DNA from: Bugula neritina
Taxonomy: Eukaryota > Animalia > Bryozoa
Direction: 5' to 3'
NCBI GenBank assembly: GCA_964035545.1
Contig: OZ037766.1
Span: 15,242,722-15,306,721, forward strand
DNA: 64,000 bases
This document shows positions 39,601 to 54,600 of the stretch, piece by piece; the first letter of the stretch is position 1, and the number at the start of each line of letters is the position of its first letter. A program made the translations under genes and the position numbers. The notes beneath the pieces are model-generated. The model was not told the origin of the DNA. It saw only the letters and a program-made list of their open reading frames with translations, and ran no database searches.

Positions 39601-42600
39601 AGCTTTTTGGAATCAACTAGATGTCATACAACCCCTCAGGACTATACCATGTTGAATATTTTTCATTTTCCAAATGTATATTTTCCAATTGTCTATTTTC
39701 CAATTGTCCTTTTCCGAATGTCATGTCACCAACATAGCTAGCCCAACAACAAAAGTACTTCACAGGTTTTATTAGTAATAAATACTTGGCAATCTGTTCC
39801 AGCTCCAAAGGTTGAGGAGTTCCTCTCTGGACAAATATGCCACGGTTCATCTTGGCTGGATCCAGTGCCCAGTTAGAGATGCCAACAAAAGCACACTTCA
39901 TGTATGGTTCTGGTGTTACACTACTGTCTTCACAACCATCTTCTAGCAGAGGGTGTAGAGTCTATACAAGAGTATGCAGTATTATATAATGTTATAAGAC
40001 TCAAGCTGAAAAACCAATTAAGCATTTGCTGGTGCAATTATCTGTTAGTTAATGACTAGTCTATGAGTTATACCTTAAGTGGCATGTTTTCAGAATCTTC
40101 AGCCAATCCGACTTCATCAAGTACCACAACTGAGACAAATTTCTCTAGATCCTGCCCTTCCTGGAAGTTGGCGCACTGCTTAAAGACACCAACTATTCCA
40201 GATGGTGTGGCATATCGGCTGCATTGGAAGGACACCATGTAAGTCTACAAAAATATTTCGCAGTTTTTATTATGTTCTGTAGTTAATTTTTTATTCAAAT
40301 GATAAATTAAATATTTTGTTTGCCATTAAGTGACAGGAATCAAGCATGTGGTTGATAGTGGAGTTTGAGGCAGTCAGTACAGAGTATCACCGAGTAGCAC
40401 CATGCTAGACTAATTAATGCTGCATTATACTTTATTGCATTGCTACTACACTAGCTTTCAGAAAAAAGCTACAAAATTTTTTCAGGAAAAAGCTGCAAAA
40501 GCTTTCAGAGAAAAAGCTGCAAAAAGCTTTATGTATGTATACTGATCTCACTCACACTCTCTGCACAATAAACTTATTTATCATAATTCTATAACTAAAT
40601 TATTGAGAAAAATTTGCAAACTTTCTGAGTTATGACTTTGCCAATAAACCTACTTGGAATTTTATCATGAGATATGAATCGCATGTTGGTAGAAAAACAC
40701 AATAAAATTGGTGCAACATGATGATAATAGATAGGTGTAAGATTACTGTTAGTAGATAGGGTACGTTAATTAATGCTGAGCTTCTAAAGCTATTATTTTA
40801 TCTTACTTCGACGCAGCAGGCCACATTGTTATTGCATTGAGAATGTTTATAATTTTTTTCAATTGACAATTGTCTTTTTTTTCTAAAGGAAATCAATTAA
40901 TATTTGTTGATAAACTTGCAGAAAATCCAGCTTTTGATTAATTCCTGTAAAAACTTGACTGATTCAAACAGCACATAAAACTGCCTTACATCAAGGGTAA
41001 GCAAATAGGCAATATAAATTGGGTGTAAATTTTTCAACTCAAATCCAAAGCATTAATGTTGACTGCATTTATCTTAGCTATAACTATGATCATAATTACA
41101 CAAAGGTTTGAATTTGAAGAATTATAATTACAATAAATTTAAATTGTGAGTGCTGCTAACACTGAAATAGGCAGTCTACAAACTCAGCGGTCAAATATTT
41201 TGAGTGACATTATGAGACTTGCAAGGAAAAAATGTACTTTGGCTCCTGCAAATAAATATGGCTAACATATAACCTCTCTATCAACATATTGTAACTGATA
41301 GCATTGTTGACTGTATAAAATATTTGAAATCTACAAATATTAAAATCTTAATTACCCTTTTCAAGTTTTTGAAAAAATCACTGTGTGAACTTCCACCTTT
41401 CATTGCATCCACAACCATAGCTTTGGACAGAGATTTAGAGCTGCCAGGTTTTCCAACCAGGAAAAGAGGAATTCTATTCTCAATGCAGACAATCATCATG
41501 AAGACATTTTCTTTCAGAGCTTTGTTCTTAGCAATGTTCTTGTGCACATCTGTGTTCACTACTTCGTTGATGAACATGTTTTGACATCTGCAAGCATAAG
41601 TAAAAACAAAGTCTGATCTTAGAACAATATAACACACCATGACTACCACAAAGGGCACCAGCTTGTTCAAATTCATATGGCATATGTATCTTGTTAGTGT
41701 TGCTAAAGCTATAAAGTGGTTGATAAAAAATCACAGTTAATACAAGACCACAAACTCGTTATAAGTTAGATTATACAAAATTGAAAGTGAAGAAACCTCC
41801 CACCTGTCAATTTCAGCTCTGATAAAACCTTGAGCTTCAATACCAGCTCTCCCCATGAGCTCTCCAATTTTTGGTGCGATGTATTCGATGTATTGCTCTC
41901 TGGTATCTTCTTCTAGTCTAGCAATATAGCAGACTGCTAGAGCCAGTACCAAACTTCTGGTGGTGTAGTCCTTCTATAAAACATGGATATGGTAAATGTG
42001 AATGCATCCCAAAACTTATTGAAAATTGCCTGTATGTTTCTATGACTTTTTGCTTTTGAAAAAATCAACTTATAATTTTAGAATAATCAACTAGTTGTTT
42101 ATGCTTTAGTTGTGGGTGTATGACTAAGCTTGTAAAATATAAAACTGAATTCATCCATGTGCATTGGAAGTCAGTTTATTCTTAAAGCCTAGTGACAGTA
42201 ACAACAATTATATGTCTTACGTTAGGCATGAACAGAGGCAACTCTTCATCCGTATCCTCATAATCTTCATCATCACTGGACTCCTCGACAATCTGGTCAC
42301 CATCCATAGCTGGGAAAATGTAATCTCGCTGACTATAAAACCAGTTAGTCACGTCTAGCAGTCTTTGTACGTCTCTTAGGCTAACAAAGCTGCACTCATC
42401 CTACAAATATTTATTCAAAACAAATTGGCTAAACAAAAGTATCTGCAAAACATGATAAAATAGAGTAGCTAATATTTGAAAAAATATCTCATCACAACTA
42501 CAGCAAACTTCAAAATAAAAAAACTTCCAAAATATTCAATATAATGGCCTCCTACTCACAATATTAGTAAAATAACTATGAAGTTTATTATCAAAGTGCT

Positions 42601-45600
42601 TAAATGTTTTCTACTACCTAGCATTTCTTATTAAACTAGAACATTTGAGAATCCTTAAAAATAAGCCTATATTATAATAAATTTTTTTTGTATAATAAGT
42701 AAATAGGAAAAGTACTTCTCAAATTTATCATATACGATTCCACGATACATTTTAGAAATTCTCTATTTATGTTATGAAATAGATTCTTGCAGTTATGAAA
42801 AAACATGCTGGTCAGAAAGTTTTTTCAAATATAGGAAGTTATATATGACTAGAGACGTCTGAATTATTCACAGTAAACATTTACCTCCTGCAGTCTCATA
42901 AACGCTTGAGTCATAGAAAGGATTTCTGCAACCACTGATGTGTGATTCCCAAAATGCATGCCGCCTTGCCTAGCCATAGATGCAAAATTCTACACAACAA
43001 AAACACACATCCAACAAAAAAAGCAGACAAGATTATTGTGATCACACAACTAACATTCAGGGTAATAAAATTTCTAACATATTATAAACAGATTTAAAGA
43101 TTACTTCTTAGAAAGCAAACCAATTTTTAATAAAATAAAATTCAAAATTCAACATTAGTAATCAACTTACAAACTTGGCAATCATCTGTCTGATATAAGC
43201 TGTCTCTACATCTCCAGCTTGTGGCTCACCATTTGGTAGAGGTGGTGCAGATCTCAGAGTACCAAAGTCCCAGACTAGAGGAAGTAAACTCTGGGGAAGA
43301 GCCTGAACTCTGTACACCAGATGTCTCATCGGTATCTGACCTACAATTTTCAACTTATCTTGGTTATTATCTTAAACTAATTTAAAAGTTACAATTTTCT
43401 TTATTATTAGAAAGCTATATATATTCAAACTAGAATAATGGTTTGCAAACTGTAAAATATATAAATATAAAAGTGTAAAAAGACAAAATAGCTCAAGAGA
43501 CAGCATTTAGGTATCCTAAAATATTGCACAATGCATTTAAATGATAGCAGCTATTTTTCTCCAATAGCATGGAATATGTTTCATACCTGCAGTATGTAAG
43601 TTAAACAAACCTTACACCTTATAACTATAAATCAAGTGCTAAGCGAAGAAAAAAACTTTTTAAAAATTACTGACCAAACTTATCTGTAGTCTCTGAATCA
43701 TCGACATTGTAACCAAGTCCAGCTTTTCTTAGTTTTTCTATCATGGCTTCAGAATGTCTGAAATTATGAGTCCATGGCACGTGTAAATAATTGATTTCCA
43801 AAAACATTGAAATATGGACAAAACATCATATATATAACGCACAATTTTACAAAGTTTATAACCTAATAAGAATGTTCTTCTGCTCACAGAATAACTTAAT
43901 TGTATGTGTACAGTTAGTTTAGCTAGTGCAATTAGATATTACTGAGCATACTTTCGGTAGGGATTACAAGCTGCTATGATCTTTAGTCCAGATGTTTTGT
44001 CTAGAGGTCTTCCTCTCATTCTACCATCACAGAGTATCTCTTTGACTAAACCAATAGCTTCTGTAGTGTTGGCCTCATCAAGGAATAAAATTGTGTAGAC
44101 AGAAGGTACCTGTAAAGTGTTAAACATTTCCCGAAAGTTACATGACATCACATAATAGAATTGTATGATAAACATGTGTGAACAGCTGTCCACATTGTAG
44201 AATACATATCCTTACAACTATGAAATTGTGATATCAATAAATAATCTGGTGCTAAAAAACTAGCCTACTAATTGTAAATTTAAATTGTAAGACACCTAAT
44301 TTCTTAGATAACAATTAAAAAGACCTGCTTATTGTTACTAAAACAGTGTTTAGTAAAAAATTTACTTGGTTTGAGTCAAACTTAGCAGCGTATTCTTGGC
44401 AAATCTGCTGATTCTGAAGAGCCAGTTGCTGCCCTTCTTCAACTTTCCTGATAATATCTTCTTCAGTTGTCCCACCATGAATCTGCAAAACACAAGCATA
44501 CATTTAGCAGTACCATTATAATACACCATAAAAGCCAAATTAATAACAGATAATAAATGGATAAAAAAACATTTAGAATCACAAACCTTCACAATAATCA
44601 TGGTCTTAATTTCTTCCTTCAGAGCAGTTGGTACTTGTAACTTAGACATGAACTCTATAAGTTTAGTTTTACCACAACCAGTCTCTCCCATGATTATCAC
44701 AGGAATATCAACTCTGTGCAAGTATAAATAAAGGATAAATATGAAAACTCCGTAATGACTGAATGATATCAACTTTGTATGGATAAAAGCAAAATATTAT
44801 ACTGTCACAAAAATACTTATTCATATACTGTGGAAACTACTTTGCCATAATATTTCAGATGTTCTGGTTAAGTAACATTTACTAAGAAAGATTGATGTTA
44901 AGCTAATATATTATCTCAGTATATGATGTGTGACTAGTATCTTATCTCAGTATCTGATGTATGACTAATATCTTATCTCAGTATCTAATGTATGACTAAT
45001 ATCTTATCTCAGTATCTAATGTATGACTAACATCTTATCTCAGTATCAGATGTATGACTAATATCTTATCTTAGTATCTGATGTATGACTAATATCTTAT
45101 CTCAGTATATGATGTATGACTAACATCTTATCTCAGTATCTAATGTATGACTAATATCTTATCTTAGTATCTAATGTATGACTAACATCTTATCTCAGTA
45201 TCAGATGTATGACTAATATCTTATCTTAGTATCTGATGTATGACTAATATCTTATCTCAGTATATGATGTATGACTAATATCTTATCTCAGTATCTAATG
45301 TATGACTAATATCTTATCTCAGTATCTGATGTATGACTAATATCTTATCTCAATATATGATGTATGACTAATATCTTATCTCAGTATATGATTTATGACA
45401 AATATCTTATCTCAGTATCTGATGTATGACTAATATCTTATCTTAGTATATGATGTATGACTAATATCTTATCTTAGTATCTAATGTATGACTAACATCT
45501 TATCTCAGTATATAATGTATGACTAATATCTTATCTTAGTATCTAATGTATGACTAACATCTTATCTCAGTATCAGATGTATGACTAATATCTTATCTTA

Positions 45601-48600
45601 GTATCTGATGTATGACTAATATCTTATCTCAGTATATGATGTATGACTAATATCTTATCTCAGTATCTAATGTATGACTAATATCTTATCTCAGTATCTG
45701 ATGTATGACTAATATCTTATCTCAGTATATGATGTATGACTAATATCTTATCTCAATATATGATGTATGACTAATATCTTATCTTAGTATCAGATGTATG
45801 ACTAATATCTTATCTCAGTATATGATGTATGACTAATATCTTAACTTGGTATCTGATGTATAAATATAAGTCAGCCTTAATTTTAGTTGAATGAAAAATC
45901 TCTTATAATAATCTCAATAATTGAGATTTCACCGTAGTCTTTGGTGTATGGCCAATATCTTCTTGGCATTGTCCATTGTCAGCACATAATTAGGATCTGG
46001 GTCATCGTGATTGGCAAACATAGGTTGTTCAACAGAACTCAAAGAGCCATCTGGTTCGGTCATCTTTGTGCTGTATATGACATTCTTTACCATAACATTT
46101 CGTAACTTCGTCAGCTGAGCAAGTCTGAAATGTACATAATAGAAATTGTATAATGGTAAATTTAAGGCATCCAATTTTACTGTAAAAAATTTGTTTCAAC
46201 ACTTTAAAGTAAAGAGAACACCGTTATAAGTACCTTTCCAGATTATTGAAATTTTCAGACATGGGCAGAGGGTAACGATCCAAAGCACGCTTTAGTTCCT
46301 GGGAGATCCAGTTTGGAAAAAGTTCTTCATTGGTTTGACAATCCATCAGACTGTAAGAGCCTAAAGCCCAACACAAAGGGCGTGTTTTGAAATTTTTATT
46401 ACATGATAGACATACGGGTATGTAACCCATTATACAAGATAAATGATGGGTGAAACTATAACCATGGTGGTATATTTGTAAATAGCAAAAAATATTTGCT
46501 TCAAACTACCAACTTTATAAGCAAAAAAGAGCATGATTCTTGCCAAATTTGTTAACACTAAAAGGTCTAACAATGCATCATGCAGTACTCTCATATATCT
46601 TTCAATTGTTGCCTATAATTGTAGAACAAAGAAACAATAGCATGTACCTCCAGTAAGTTGAACAAATAATCCCAAAGGTGTGAATGTGTCGCCATCTTCA
46701 TTAAAGAACAAATATGGGTGGTTGCCGCTCTCCCAGGTTCTTTTTATCCTGAGATAGTTCAGCATAGCGTCTTCATTTTCATTTTCTTCTATCTAAATTT
46801 TATGTAAAATAAAAAGTCTTTGAAGCAAATTCTTCTAATGAAATAATGTAGAAGAGGTAGTAGCTCAGTATTTTGCATCTTCTTATATTACAAGCATACG
46901 CGCAGAGTTGGTAGAATGAAAACATTACTTCTACAATTACCATTACCTCTGCAAGATGAAGTCCTGGAGTATCTTCAGCTATCTTCAAAGATCTTGTTGC
47001 AAAGTCCTGAAAAACAAAAAAAGAAGATATGTTATGGCTGTTTTTTTAAAGTTATTTATTTACTTCAGTATATTTATTAATATGTACATTACCTGCGCCA
47101 TAACAATCATGAACTTTATGACAAAGGTTCTAAAGCCTGGCAAAATGTCAGCACATTCTGAGCTACAATACGGTGACTTTTCCACTTTTTCGAGTTGGTT
47201 GCTGAGAAAGTATACGTAATGTCTCAGCTCACTCCAGGTTGGATCCACTAGACCACAGTGTCTACGTAATAACACCAGTATTATTCATTGTGAAAGTTAG
47301 AGAGATTAAAAACTTTATTATTTAATATTTTAAATACCATTTTTTGCTGATGTTTGAATGTGTCAGCATAAGTAATAGCAATAAAATAACCAAAATGTAA
47401 ATAAATGCAACCACATCTGTTGCATTTTTCAACAAAGAACATTTCAGTGAAGCATCTGAAGTGAAAAATATTTTAATGAAGTATACCATCCATTTTTTAT
47501 AACCAGTTAAATGCTTTCTTGTACATAATTTAAAAAAATTTGCAGTGAGATTAAGTGAAGAAACGTTTTTTTTTTGTAAGATTTGAATAAAATCACCATA
47601 AATGCAAAGATTTTATAAGCTCTACAAATCTTTTCAATTAGTCTATAGTTTGCCATAGATTGAAAATTCAAAATATTTCAAAGTACCATTTGAAAACTTA
47701 GGCAAAAACTCAAGCACATAAAAATAGCATCATCCGATAATGTTGTTTGCAAAGGTGTCGAAAAATGTCATTTGATTGCCTTTTAGTTAAAAGATCTTGT
47801 ATCACATTTGTACATTTGTCATGCTATCTCAAGCACTTAGAAACAACTCTATTGACATTCAAAATGCTGTACAGTCTTGGAGTGATTTTGTAAAAGTATT
47901 TACTTGATCAGTAGTTTTATAGCGTCCATAGGGGAAGCAAATGGTACTTTAGACACTTTGTAATCTCCATCCCCTTCCTCATGACGGTCAAGATACTTGA
48001 GAACAATCTGCCACTGAGCTCGCATAAGAACTCCTTCATCAAACCCAATAAAGTCCCGTTCTACAACACCATCATAGTGCAAACGCTTTTGATAATTTAA
48101 AGAAGTGACGTTTCATAACAGTGTGGGATCAAAAGGATAGAGTGGATTTTTTATCAGCTTAAAACAACTTGTTAGAAAACATTTTTATAAGGTTAAAACA
48201 AATTGAGATTTCATAGCCTAAAAAGCATTTGTATACAATTTAAATAACACTTATGTTGTCAACTGAAGGTAATTGAAAGAGTTAGTACTGAAGTTTGTGG
48301 CTTTTACAAAATTATGCTGTAAGGAAATCAGTCGAAATGTGAACATACACATTACGCAGAACACAATAATGTGCTGTAAATATGAAATAATATGAAGAAA
48401 ACAATACAATATTGTAGCAGCTAGCTATACAAAGTTTTTGTCAACCAATTTTGTTAACAGTTGCAAACTAAAAGACAACAAAATGTGAAACAATATTTAC
48501 TAAATCGATTGCTGTAACTCAATATGCGATCATTTCTTTTAATTGCTAAAAATTCTTTCAGCTGTGGGTTTAAATATTTATAAATTCACAACCATTTCGG

Positions 48601-51600
48601 TTATGTTTCTTTTTGCAACTGCTAATTTTTTAGCAAAGCATCAAAATTTAGGTAGCAAAAATCGAACATTCTTTAACATGCATTGTCTTCAATAACAATT
48701 TCAATGATAGAATTATATACTGCAGTTTGATATATTATATAACATGTCACATTTCAATAAATACAGGCTACAAGGTAGTGTCAGGTTAAAAAACAATTTA
48801 AGTAATTACTAATTCCCAAACAACATGTACAACCATACTGTTTCTTTTCTAATTGATCACAACAGCAATATTATTATCAACACCAACATTTATTATTAAA
48901 AATTAAATATATTAGTCATCTATCTAATTATATCTAAATATTGCAAAAATCAGCTAATAACAATGCTGATAGCCAAGCTTAGCCTCTCTCCATTTTTATC
49001 TGGTGAAGCTCTAACAGGCTGTGGCTATCAACATTACCACCAGATACTTGAGGTATCAAGCTCAGGCTAACAATGAGCCCAGCTGTACTTTAGTGCATTA
49101 TATCATTTTGAAGTACACAGAAATTCAAATGAAACAGATGCAGTGTGCACTCAAAACTAAACAATACTTTACATAAAAGACACTATAAAACTGTAATCTT
49201 CTCAAGTAAAACTGCATACCATTATTTTTAAAACTGAACAACGTAATTGACAAAGAACAGGCAGGTTAGAAGATAGTATAATATCAGTTGTTAGTTTTTC
49301 CACCATACCTTGAGTATTGTAATTGGCAAGAGCTTCTGTAGGAGTTGTACAGGTCAGAGTGGGGAGGAGGTCCATCACTTCATGCTGACACTTTCCACTA
49401 ATTCTGGTGAAAGGCATGCACTCAATAATGTAGTACTGAGTATTCTGTGCCTGCCATACCACACCTTCAGAGTTTACAATACTTCTCAGTATAATCAGGT
49501 TGAACAGAAGTTCATCCACACCACTGGTTACCTATAAGTAAGTTTGAGAGTATACAGAATAGTGGGCGCAATTTTATTAGCATAAAAAGCAACTTTCTGT
49601 TAGCTTGTTATCAGGTTTCACCACTTTGCACACTCACTTCGTGAGCAATGTCAAGGTGAATCGTGTGGTAACATCTTTTCTCAAAACCATTGCCTAGTTC
49701 TTCTGTTAGCCTTTTTATCAGACCGTCAACGTCTACTGTCTTGTATATGGGGATGGTGATGTCCTTGCCTCGTAATGCGTGTTTGGCTCTCAACTTGGTG
49801 CACAGGTTGAACTTCTGTAAAGACTTACCTACCCCTGCTCTGTTAGATCTGATCAGTCGTGACATAAAGCTACAAAAGTTATACGAGAAAAAAGTAATAT
49901 CACATGATGTAAGCAACTCAGATCAGAAGTGACATTGTACAACACAGGTGCTATTAGTGACTCGTCTCTCTTCAAAGTAACAGTGAACTTGTCTGTGACA
50001 CATACTTGTTGGGATCAGCGACAGCAGCAGAACTCCTAACAGAACCAGGAAGTTCCAGAAGTTTCTCTACATACTCAGCAAGGTCTGCCATTGGAGCCAA
50101 CTTCACATTCTTTACTAGATTTTTGTCCAAATAGGACCTGATTCTGGCATCTTTGGCCTCCTCTGCATAGAGGAATGCCAAGCCGTAGGTGGTTACTTTA
50201 TCATCACCTGTACTACTCAGTCTGTTCTCAATGAATCTACACACTTCATAGCTGAGGAGGTGGCAGTTTACCATACAGTAGCATGAGTCGGGGTCAGCAA
50301 GTGCTCTGTTTAGGAATATGGATACCTGTGAACAGAATTATTAAGTTAGTAACACAACTAACAGCAAGTTTACAGCTACTAAACAATTTTATACTAATCA
50401 AACTAAAAGTGAAAATAAAAACAATAGTATTCACCTCTTCAGTGTGTGTGCTTTTGTTACAGATGAGAACTTCATTTCGTGTAGGATATCCTTGATTTGG
50501 GTCACACTGGTATATTGTCAGCACCAGCCGATAAGTGTCAGCTGAATAATATAATATGCTTATAGTTATCAAATTTTAGAAATCAAATGAATTTCTTGAA
50601 ATACTGCAGAATGACTGATGATAATATAAAGGCATGCACAACATAGCCGATCGAATGAAATAAATTGCATACAGACATAATTTGTAGACATCCAAAAAAT
50701 TAATGCACAAAATACAGGAAAACATCTTAAACAAGTTTACCAAGAAGCTAATGAAGTCATTAAGATTTAAAAAATCTTTTCAATGTGGTAAATAAATTTC
50801 TAGTCCTACTTACAATTTTAATTTATAAATTGAAAAAAGCACAAGTTTTGACTTCTATTTGTAGTGAATATTATTTTTATGCAAAGCCTGCTACACGAAT
50901 AAGAAAAAGCAGAGAGAGGTGAGAATAGGCAAGAAAAATAATTTTTATGCGAAGTTTCTTCTTTTTGTAATTTTAAATCAGATCTTCTTGGAAGTTCAAC
51001 ACTTCTTTAAATATGTCTAACAGTTGCTAAGCAACAAGAAAAAATAATAATAATAATTTGAAACAACATCTACTTAGTGTCGCTGTATTTCTCAATTTAT
51101 ATTATTATAAAATCTTATTATAAAAATAAACAAACTAGTTTGCTGACCTCCCGGGATAACCAACAGACGTGGCTTTCCTCTCTCTAGCCATTCAGGAAGA
51201 TTCCGACTACGTTGACGATTAGTCTTTGCTTCTGCTGATAAAATACAGAGTTCATACAATATTCCCATCATCAATAGTTTAAACAATGAGATAGAGAAAT
51301 GATGCACCAACTTACCTTCAATTTGCGTAAGAACATAGGCTAAATGGTCAACACTGAGGAAATCTCTAATAGTTTTGCTTGTGTGTTCAACAAATCCATC
51401 CCAGAGTGTGGCAAGCTTCTTTTGAAGAGGTGAATCTCTGAAAAATAGACATAAATATACTTGGTCTATTTCCTAAAGTCAAGGTACTCATATAATAACT
51501 TGAGTCAGAAAAGGTGAAAAAGCATCTGCAGTTTTGAGCCTATTTTAAAATCCTGCTTATACAATAAATACATAAATAAGAAACAATTTATTAAATTATC

Positions 51601-54600
51601 TAGTCAACTGGTTGGACACTGTCAAGGCAACAATTAAGCTCCAGTACATACTCTGACTCATTGTGTACCAATTTCTTCATTATATCATTTGCAGTGTCTA
51701 ATGATGCACTTCCACCCTCCGTTGATCCTTCCATTCTGGAGTGAGTTTTGTTGTACAGACTTATCCACTCGGAGTAAGCCCCTGACAGCAAAATTAACAT
51801 AACTAAACTCACGGTTTTCACAATTTAGGAATAAATTGTCCAAAATTTTTCAATTTTCAATCACACAAATCGATTCATAAAGTTAGGATTAAAGACTAAA
51901 GTTGTCTTTTTATTGCAGATTCTTTGAAAGAATTATAGAATAGACAGCTTTCATGTAGTGAGCTTTTACAATATTTTTGGAGGTTGTCTTCTTTTTGAGA
52001 GCTAAAAGCCTAAATTCAGAGTAGAAAAATTATGCTAAGTAACTAAACTGCTATATTTAATAATGCTAAAGTCTTGTTGTAGGCAATTGTATTACATAAA
52101 TGATGAAAATCTAACGAGTTTTAAATATTCAATTTTGAAACGTTTTTTGTTAAAAGCTTCCCTGTACTTTTGACCATGTTTATACAACCCTTATCCAGAT
52201 TAAAACCTCCAAATTTATTTCCAAGCTGTTTCATTAAGATGGAAATATTTTTATATACAATTGCTCATAAAGACAAATGCAATAAATTTGTCAAAAACAA
52301 AACGTGATTAATGTTGCCCATACATTAGTCATAGAAAATACTATTTTTTGAAAAAAATCGCAAAATATAGTTCATCATTGACGGATGTACTTTTTGCCAA
52401 GCTTAGTCAAGACATTGTACATGTGACTAGTTGCAAATGATGTTAGTAGACAATGTAAATTAGTTGTGCTATGTTCTAGTATTGATCTGTGAAAAAAATT
52501 TCAGGGCTCTGTATGAACTAAAGACATCTTGCTTACCCATTTTCACAATGCCCTTCTCATTAACAGCCTGTACAGCCAACTCATGAGTGAAATCCTCATC
52601 TCCATCCTCCAGCTCAGTCACCATATCCTTCCACTCATCATCCATTTCTTCATATGATATAAACCGATTCCCTCCATCTTCCTCCATGACTTCCTCATCA
52701 GAACTTGTTAGACTGTTGAAGTTGTTGATGTGCTGATGCAGCAGTTCAGGATTCACAGGGTTAATCATCGCTAATAGCGGCAGAGACTGTCAGACAAAGA
52801 AATCATGTTATACACAGTCACTACACAAAGTCTAGTCAGTCATTTCTATTATTCTCTTTATCAACAGACCTGTTTGAGAGATTCAGCTCTTCCTGACTCA
52901 GAGAACCTTCCCAGTTCTTTCCTCAACACGACTAGTTGTTCCGTTGTGTAGAAGTTCAGAACAGGAAAATCTCTGAAATATATACACTTATGTAAACTAG
53001 GAAGTCATTCAAACACTCAAATAAAAACAACAGAAAAGTTGTTTTTAAGTTTTATAGAGCCAATGTAGAAAACTCTATTTAGGTATATAGAACATAAAAA
53101 AAAGATATTAGATGTAACTACTACTGGAAAGAAGTATGTGGACATAACATTTATTAGCCATTAGTTAGGAAAATAATTTAAGATAATCAGCATGCCTTCT
53201 CTTGGCGCTCATGTTCTCCTGCCATTTTGTCACACATTCATTTAAATACGTATATAGGTCACTGCAGTGGTGGCGCACATCACTTTTCTCATCAGTTTTT
53301 GCCTCCATTGTAGTATTGATTGATTTGAAGTGCATCTGTAAACTGACTTTTTTAGGATTGCAGTAAATGAACACAAGTAGTTCATCAAACTGAATACAAC
53401 CCTCTCTCCGTATAGCCAAATAGGCTTGGGCCACGTTTTCAGCCGCATCTTTCAGCTACAATACAAGAATACTAAGATATATAGCACTCCACTAGAATGT
53501 AGAGTTCAAGTATTATACTAAAGCACCAAATAAATGCTTTTAATTACATTTACATATACATTTTTATCTCTCAACACATCTTGATAAAGATATGATCGGA
53601 ATACAATATTGCAAGAAAACTGGTTTCCTAGAAAAGTTTCAAGTGTACTACACTTAACTTCTTGTTATAGCATGACATTGCATAAATCTAAAAGATGTAA
53701 TGGCTTTTTCATGTTAGCTTCAGCGCTTATTTTGTTTATTTATACACAGCTATATCAGCTTTTCTGTGCAAGTTAATATATAAGGTGGTAACACTTCTAC
53801 TGTTTTCATTGTAAATTATTTTATGATCAATACACCTGTTTGAAACACAACACTTCTGACTGAGTGAAACATTTATGAAGTTACTTACAGCGTTAAACTT
53901 GAAAATAGTGTCTTTCATATCCTTTTGCTTATCACCAGCTACAAGAGCTAGTTTACTCTGCAGATCTCGAAGATCTGCGTGAGTGAATGTTTTCTTTGAT
54001 CGCCTTTTGCCGCGATTTTCATCAACTTCAAATTCTAGCTGGATAATATCTGCCACCGTCTATCAGAAGAACTAACATGAGTCAGTCAGCATTTTGAGAC
54101 TCAAAAGCATTTAAAGTAGCAGGAATAGATGGTAATTTTAGATTAAGAAATGATTGAACATCAGCCTATTATACAGTATAAACATTATTACTATCAGTCC
54201 TTTTCAACAGATACAGGGAAATAACATGAAATAGTTGGTAAAATAAATATTACTTTGTGTTTACAATATTTTTTTATATACTTCTTAGAGTTTAAAGTTG
54301 TTGGTTTACCTAATCTTTGTCAAGTATGTTGCTAGACTAACACAAACCGCTGAAAACCAAACATACCTTGAACTCCTGGTCAGTAACTTCCGAGAAGTAG
54401 CCAATTTTGTACACCCCGGTGCTGTTGATAGACGACGCCTGGTCCAGAGAGTGCATCTCAACTTTCATGAAATGATCCTTGACCTTCTTTAGCCACTCTA
54501 ATTCCTGAGCGGAATCTTTCTAAAATAATCAGTCAACAGAATTAAATCAATTTACAAATGTTATACTTCCAATCTCACTGCATTAGGCGCTCAGCTTCAT

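Noticed and set aside
44905-45860. CRISPR-like array (also 32062-32610)
   Set aside because: Contiguous units without unique spacers, eukaryotic intron, no cas genes.
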